This document shows positions 23,124 through 26,678 of a stretch of DNA of 26,678 bases, piece by piece. The notes beneath the pieces were generated by a model. It did no database searches and was not told the origin of the DNA. It saw nothing but the letters and a program-made list of their open reading frames with translations. Both the position numbers and the translations under genes were made by a program. The stretch comes from a virus (lineage: Duplodnaviria > Caudoviricetes). The stretch lies in IMG/VR virus record IMGVR_UViG_3300049190_000011, positions 1 through 26,678 of that record; one strand, written 5' to 3'. The first letter of the stretch is position 1; every line of letters starts with the position of its first letter.

Positions 23124-23951
23124 TCAGAACGGCGGGTCTTCGGACGAGCCGTTGCCGCCGTCACCCGTGTTGTTCTGCGTCTCGAACGCAGCACGGGCCA
23201 TGCCGCTGGTGACCATGTCGCGGAAGCCCTTGGCTTCTTCGAGCAAGGCCGCTTCGGTGCCGGGGTTGATCAGGCTCTCCGACCAGCTGCCCTTGAGCGG
23301 CTCGATCTTGAAGTTGAAGAACGAGCCCTTCTCGTTCTTCTGCTTGACCGTCTTGAGCACGGCGCGGTTGGCGAACATCGGCGGCCGACCCTTGAGGGTG
23401 TACATGGCCGTGGTGAAGTCGCGGTACGGCTTGATCTTGGTCGACGTGAACGAGACCACCGCGAAGCCCGTCGTCTCGGTGCCGTCCTCGTTGAGGAGCA
23501 GACCGTAGATGTAGTGCGTCTCGATGAGCTCGTTGCCGTTGTCGAGCATGAGCTTGCCAATGCGGCTGCCGCCGTTGGCTGCGATGGCCGCCTTGACGAC
23601 ATCGCCGTTGGGGTCATGCAGGCCGACGAAGCCGCCGCCCTTGTCGCGCGGCACCCATTCGACGTAGGCCGTTTCCTTGTGCACCGGCAAGAACGCCTGG
23701 CCAGGTGCCTGCTTGGAGACATCACCTTCGATGATGTCGCCGGTGACGGTGTTGACCATCTGCCCCGGCTTGTAGCGGTCCCCGTCTTCCTCGACCTGGG
23801 GCGAGTTGGACTGCAGGATGCTGATGAACGGGATGCTGAGGTCAGCCCCGCTGGTGCCTTCGAAGCCTGCTCCCGCGTCGGCTCCGTAGTCATAGGCGGC
23901 TACCGCGCCACCCTTGGGGGTGTTGGCAACCGCTTTGCTCTGTCCGGCCAT
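23124..23951 (-). CDS. putative single-stranded DNA-binding protein
   Basis: RBS GAAAGGAGGG; DLSIPFISILQSNSPQV, YVEWVPR..GGGFV; flexible acidic tail ending EDPPF; replication-module position. Confidence 0.6.
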   Translation of the reverse strand: MAGQSKAVANTPKGGAVAAYDYGADAGAGFEGTSGADLSIPFISILQSNSPQVEEDGDRYKPGQMVNTVTGDIIEGDVSKQAPGQAFLPVHKETAYVEWVPRDKGGGFVGLHDPNGDVVKAAIAANGGSRIGKLMLDNGNELIETHYIYGLLLNEDGTETTGFAVVSFTSTKIKPYRDFTTAMYTLKGRPPMFANRAVLKTVKQKNEKGSFFNFKIEPLKGSWSESLINPGTEAALLEEAKGFRDMVTSGMARAAFETQNNTGDGGNGSSEDPPF

Positions 23952-24052
23952 GATGGCCCTCCTTTCAAACGCTGGGGACACTTTTAGGGCCTCCCGAGCA
24001 ATGGCCCTTCCTCTGCCGAGGCGCTCACCACTAACCAGGTGACGGTATCTCG

Positions 24053-24607
24053 TTAGCCGGGGTCCTTGAAGTCGATCTTGCTGGACCGCTGGCGGTACAC
24101 ACCGAAGGTGTCCAGGGGAATGTCCACCCCTTCCTGCAGCTGTTCAGTCACAAACGACGCCAGGGTGGACGGATGTACACCGCGCTTGATGTCGAACTTG
24201 AGGGGCTTCTTGCGCTTGCGCAGGTCAGCCTCGAACTTCTTGGCCCATGCCTCGTCGCCCTTGCCAAATTCGATCTTGAATTCACGCTTGATCAGCTTGC
24301 CGTGACCCTTGTCCTCCAGCCAGCTGAACGCCTTTTCAGCGGTCGCAGCCGGGATGGACCCCCTGATCTTCTCGACAATCTTGACCTTGATGCCGTCTTT
24401 GGTGGTGCACTCCTTCACCTCGGCCTCATCCATGAGCGCAGGCAGCTGGTGTTCAGCGATGTCCCGCAGCTTCTCCTGGGCCTTCTTCAGCGCCTCCTCA
24501 CAGCGGGCCACCTCTGCCTCAGCCTCTTTCTGATCGAGCGCCAAGCCGCTGATGCGAGCCAGGACGTTGTCGCCAGGCCCGTCTTTGAAGTCGCTGTAGT
24601 CGTGCAT
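24053..24607 (-). CDS. conserved phage replication-module protein, N-terminal coiled coil
   Basis: GGAG RBS then ATG 24607; LP.LM.E, AF.WL...GHG.LIK, VHPSTL.SFV.E. Confidence 0.75.
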   Translation of the reverse strand: MHDYSDFKDGPGDNVLARISGLALDQKEAEAEVARCEEALKKAQEKLRDIAEHQLPALMDEAEVKECTTKDGIKVKIVEKIRGSIPAATAEKAFSWLEDKGHGKLIKREFKIEFGKGDEAWAKKFEADLRKRKKPLKFDIKRGVHPSTLASFVTEQLQEGVDIPLDTFGVYRQRSSKIDFKDPG

Positions 24608-24697
24608 TAGGTTCTCCATTTCTGATGGTGGTCGGGGCCCGCTCCAATGTTGGGAACGGGCCCCTTTGGTTCGGCTACCCACCTGTCGCCATGTTGT

Positions 24698-25063
24698 CTA
24701 CGCCGCCTCATCCTGGCAATCAGCAAACACCCCCTGGGCGCGAACCGGGATGTAAGTGTGCTTGGCTCCTGACCACTGCAGCATGTTGACCGTGCCGTCA
24801 TTGAAGTCGGCCGCGATGGCGGTGGCTAGGCCCAGGAGCACGGGGTTGCCGACCAGCAGGAGGTGGTCATCGTCGCCGAAGTCCTTGAGGCGCTCGTGGA
24901 GCTCCTTGAGCACCGGGTCCAGGTTGAAGGGGCTGGCGTTCGAGCCCAGGAGGAACATGAGCTCGCCATGCTCGGCAGCCGGGGAGAAGTCGAACTTGGG
25001 CTTGAGTTGGCCGTCCTTGGGGTCCACCCACTTGGTGTCCTGGACGACGAAGACCTTGCTCAT
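24698..25063 (-). CDS. conserved hypothetical phage protein (121 aa)
   Basis: ATGA overlap with the helicase; MSKVFVVQ...DFSPA..HGEL...D.LLLVGNP...LQW. Confidence 0.75.
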   Translation of the reverse strand: MSKVFVVQDTKWVDPKDGQLKPKFDFSPAAEHGELMFLLGSNASPFNLDPVLKELHERLKDFGDDDHLLLVGNPVLLGLATAIAADFNDGTVNMLQWSGAKHTYIPVRAQGVFADCQDEAA

Positions 25064-26538
25064 AACCACTCCCTCAGCGTGTCACCAGTAATCCTGGCGG
25101 CGATATCAAACTTGCGCCGAAGCGCCTTGATGATGTGGCGAGCAACCGTCTGAGCCCCGCCAGGCAGCCGCGCCTCGAAGTCAACATAGTTGACCGGATG
25201 CTCCTGGCCAATACGGTGCGCACGATCTTCGCTCTGCAGCCGGTCGATCAGCTTGAAGCTGTTGGTGGGGTACAGGACCGAGCGCGCCTGGATCAGGGTG
25301 AGCCCCTCCTTGCCCTTGGCCGGGTTGCCGACGAACCACTGCGCATCCCCGGCCTGGAACGCCATCTTGGACCGCTCGCACTCGTCGTCGTTCATGGTAC
25401 CGTCGTACCGCACGGCCGCCTTGCCGAGCCGGTCCATGACCTGGTCGATGTCCTTGGTGAACCGGCACCAGATGATGGCCGGATGGCTCAGGCCATCGGT
25501 CACCTCTTCAACCTGGTCCATCAGCGGGTTGCGCTTGCCGATGAGCCGCACCGGCTCCTCATCGTCGTCGGTGTAGGCGTAGCCGCTCACGATCTGCTGG
25601 AGCCTGAGCAGCCGGACGATGGCCAGGTTGCCGTCGATCATGGCCCCGTCTTCGAGCTCGGCCTCAAACTCGTCGCGCAGCTTCATGTACAGGTCCGCCT
25701 GCTCTGGAGCGAGCTCGAAGTAGCGGGTGCTGTAGAGCTTCGGCGGCAGGTCCAGCACCTCGTCCTTGGTGACCCGGCTGCTCACGCTCTGGAGGATGGT
25801 GGTGAGCTCGTCAATATTCTTGTACTCGATCAGCTTGTCATAGCCGGGGTCATAGCCGAGCTCTTTCTCGCACTCGGCACGGGTGAACCAGTCGCCGAAG
25901 TGGAACTTGAACGTCCGGAAGCTGTCGAGCTCGTGCTTCTTCCAGATATCCTCGTCAAGGAATTTCAGCTGGCTGTAAAGGTCGAAGGGTCCTTGCGCGA
26001 TCGGGGTGCCAGTGAGCAGGCGACGGTAGGGTGCATAGCGGCCGCTGGCTACCAGCGCCTTGGTGCGCTTGGCCGACGGGGTCTTGATGTTGTGGGCCTC
26101 GTCCATCACGTACAGGACGCGGCGCTGGCGCAGGAATTTCCACAGATACTTCTTCGCCAGGTCGGTGACCGCGCCGTCGTAGCTGAGCAGCAGCCAGGCT
26201 AGGCCCTTGTGCTTGAGCAGCTGCTCGCGCTCCTTGGTGACCCCGACGTTCCGGGCCTTCTGGCTGTTCCACACATGCGCTTTGGAGACGCGGGCGATGC
26301 GGTCGGGCAAGTGCGCTGGGAGCTCGTCGCTGAGCCAGTTGCGGTGGACCCCGCTGGGCGCGACCACCACCACCGCGTCGATCTCGCCTTTCTCGTAGAG
26401 GTAGGCGGCCGTGTCGATGCAGGGCTTGGTCTTGCCGCAACCCTGCTCCCACAGGATGCCGTAGAAGGGAAGGTCCCGGCTCGCCTCGAAGGTTTCGGCC
26501 TGGTGCTTGAACGGGGTCGACTTGTACTGATAGTCCAC
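25060..26538 (-). CDS. SNF2-family (SF2) helicase/ATPase
   Basis: GTG 26538 after AGAAAAGGAG; PFKHQ, EQGCGKT, DEAH, LTGTP, LRLQQI, GLTL, QSEDRAHRIGQ. Confidence 0.92.
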   Translation of the reverse strand: MDYQYKSTPFKHQAETFEASRDLPFYGILWEQGCGKTKPCIDTAAYLYEKGEIDAVVVVAPSGVHRNWLSDELPAHLPDRIARVSKAHVWNSQKARNVGVTKEREQLLKHKGLAWLLLSYDGAVTDLAKKYLWKFLRQRRVLYVMDEAHNIKTPSAKRTKALVASGRYAPYRRLLTGTPIAQGPFDLYSQLKFLDEDIWKKHELDSFRTFKFHFGDWFTRAECEKELGYDPGYDKLIEYKNIDELTTILQSVSSRVTKDEVLDLPPKLYSTRYFELAPEQADLYMKLRDEFEAELEDGAMIDGNLAIVRLLRLQQIVSGYAYTDDDEEPVRLIGKRNPLMDQVEEVTDGLSHPAIIWCRFTKDIDQVMDRLGKAAVRYDGTMNDDECERSKMAFQAGDAQWFVGNPAKGKEGLTLIQARSVLYPTNSFKLIDRLQSEDRAHRIGQEHPVNYVDFEARLPGGAQTVARHIIKALRRKFDIAARITGDTLREWL

Positions 26539-26678
26539 GGTGGCTCCTTTTCTATGCAGACAACGATGGCCTAGGAAGGTCCCGGCTCGCAATCATGGCC
26601 GGTGCTCGACCAGCTGGACTTGGGCCCAGGAGGGCGGGGCAGGTCGAGCGCGGAAAAAGTGTGGAGGCAGTAGGGCCT

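Noticed and set aside
901-26553. Recurring AGAAA(A/G)GGAG upstream of many genes as a special operator
   Set aside because: It sits at normal Shine-Dalgarno distance from start codons and is explained as a strong RBS with an A-rich enhancer.
51-26574. Many long plus-strand ORFs (e.g. 4323-5531, 7097-8251, 10725-11732, 25135-26202)
   Set aside because: They are antisense shadows of GC-biased minus-strand genes, with no recognisable motifs and full overlap with well-supported CDSs.
1-26678. GAGCTC over-representation as a functional repeat
   Set aside because: Mostly in-frame Glu-Leu codon pairs; better explained as the synonymous escape from GAGCTG.

Overview
A ~65% GC tailed-phage genome segment with every credible gene on the minus strand, tightly packed and often translationally coupled. 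Gene content and order resemble YuA/M6/PaMx11-like (Mesyanzhinovviridae-type) siphophages; this assignment is inferred from gene content only. In transcription order (right to left): SNF2 helicase, SSB-like protein, RecD/Dda-like helicase, class Ia ribonucleotide reductase (NrdA, and NrdB with a fused C-terminal glutaredoxin), a SLOG protein and an HNH-like protein. Next comes a thymidine-hypermodification cluster: amino acid:DNA transferase (aGPT-Pplase2), flavin oxidoreductase, 5-hmdU DNA kinase, aGPT-Pplase1, Nmad5, dUMP hydroxymethylase, HD nucleotidase and DUF3310, interrupted by two free-standing homing endonucleases. It is followed by family A DNA polymerase, dCTP deaminase, a VRR-NUC nuclease, an HTH protein, primase-helicase and small accessory genes. 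Main observations: (1) a PaMx11-type flavin pathway with no acetyltransferase in the cluster; (2) apparent complete absence of the hexamer GAGCTG/CAGCTC; (3) a repeated promoter-like motif, one copy followed by a ~92-nt structured RNA; (4) the NrdB-glutaredoxin fusion; (5) a GHKL ATPase with permuted motif order. All calls come from reading motifs by eye; no searches were run.
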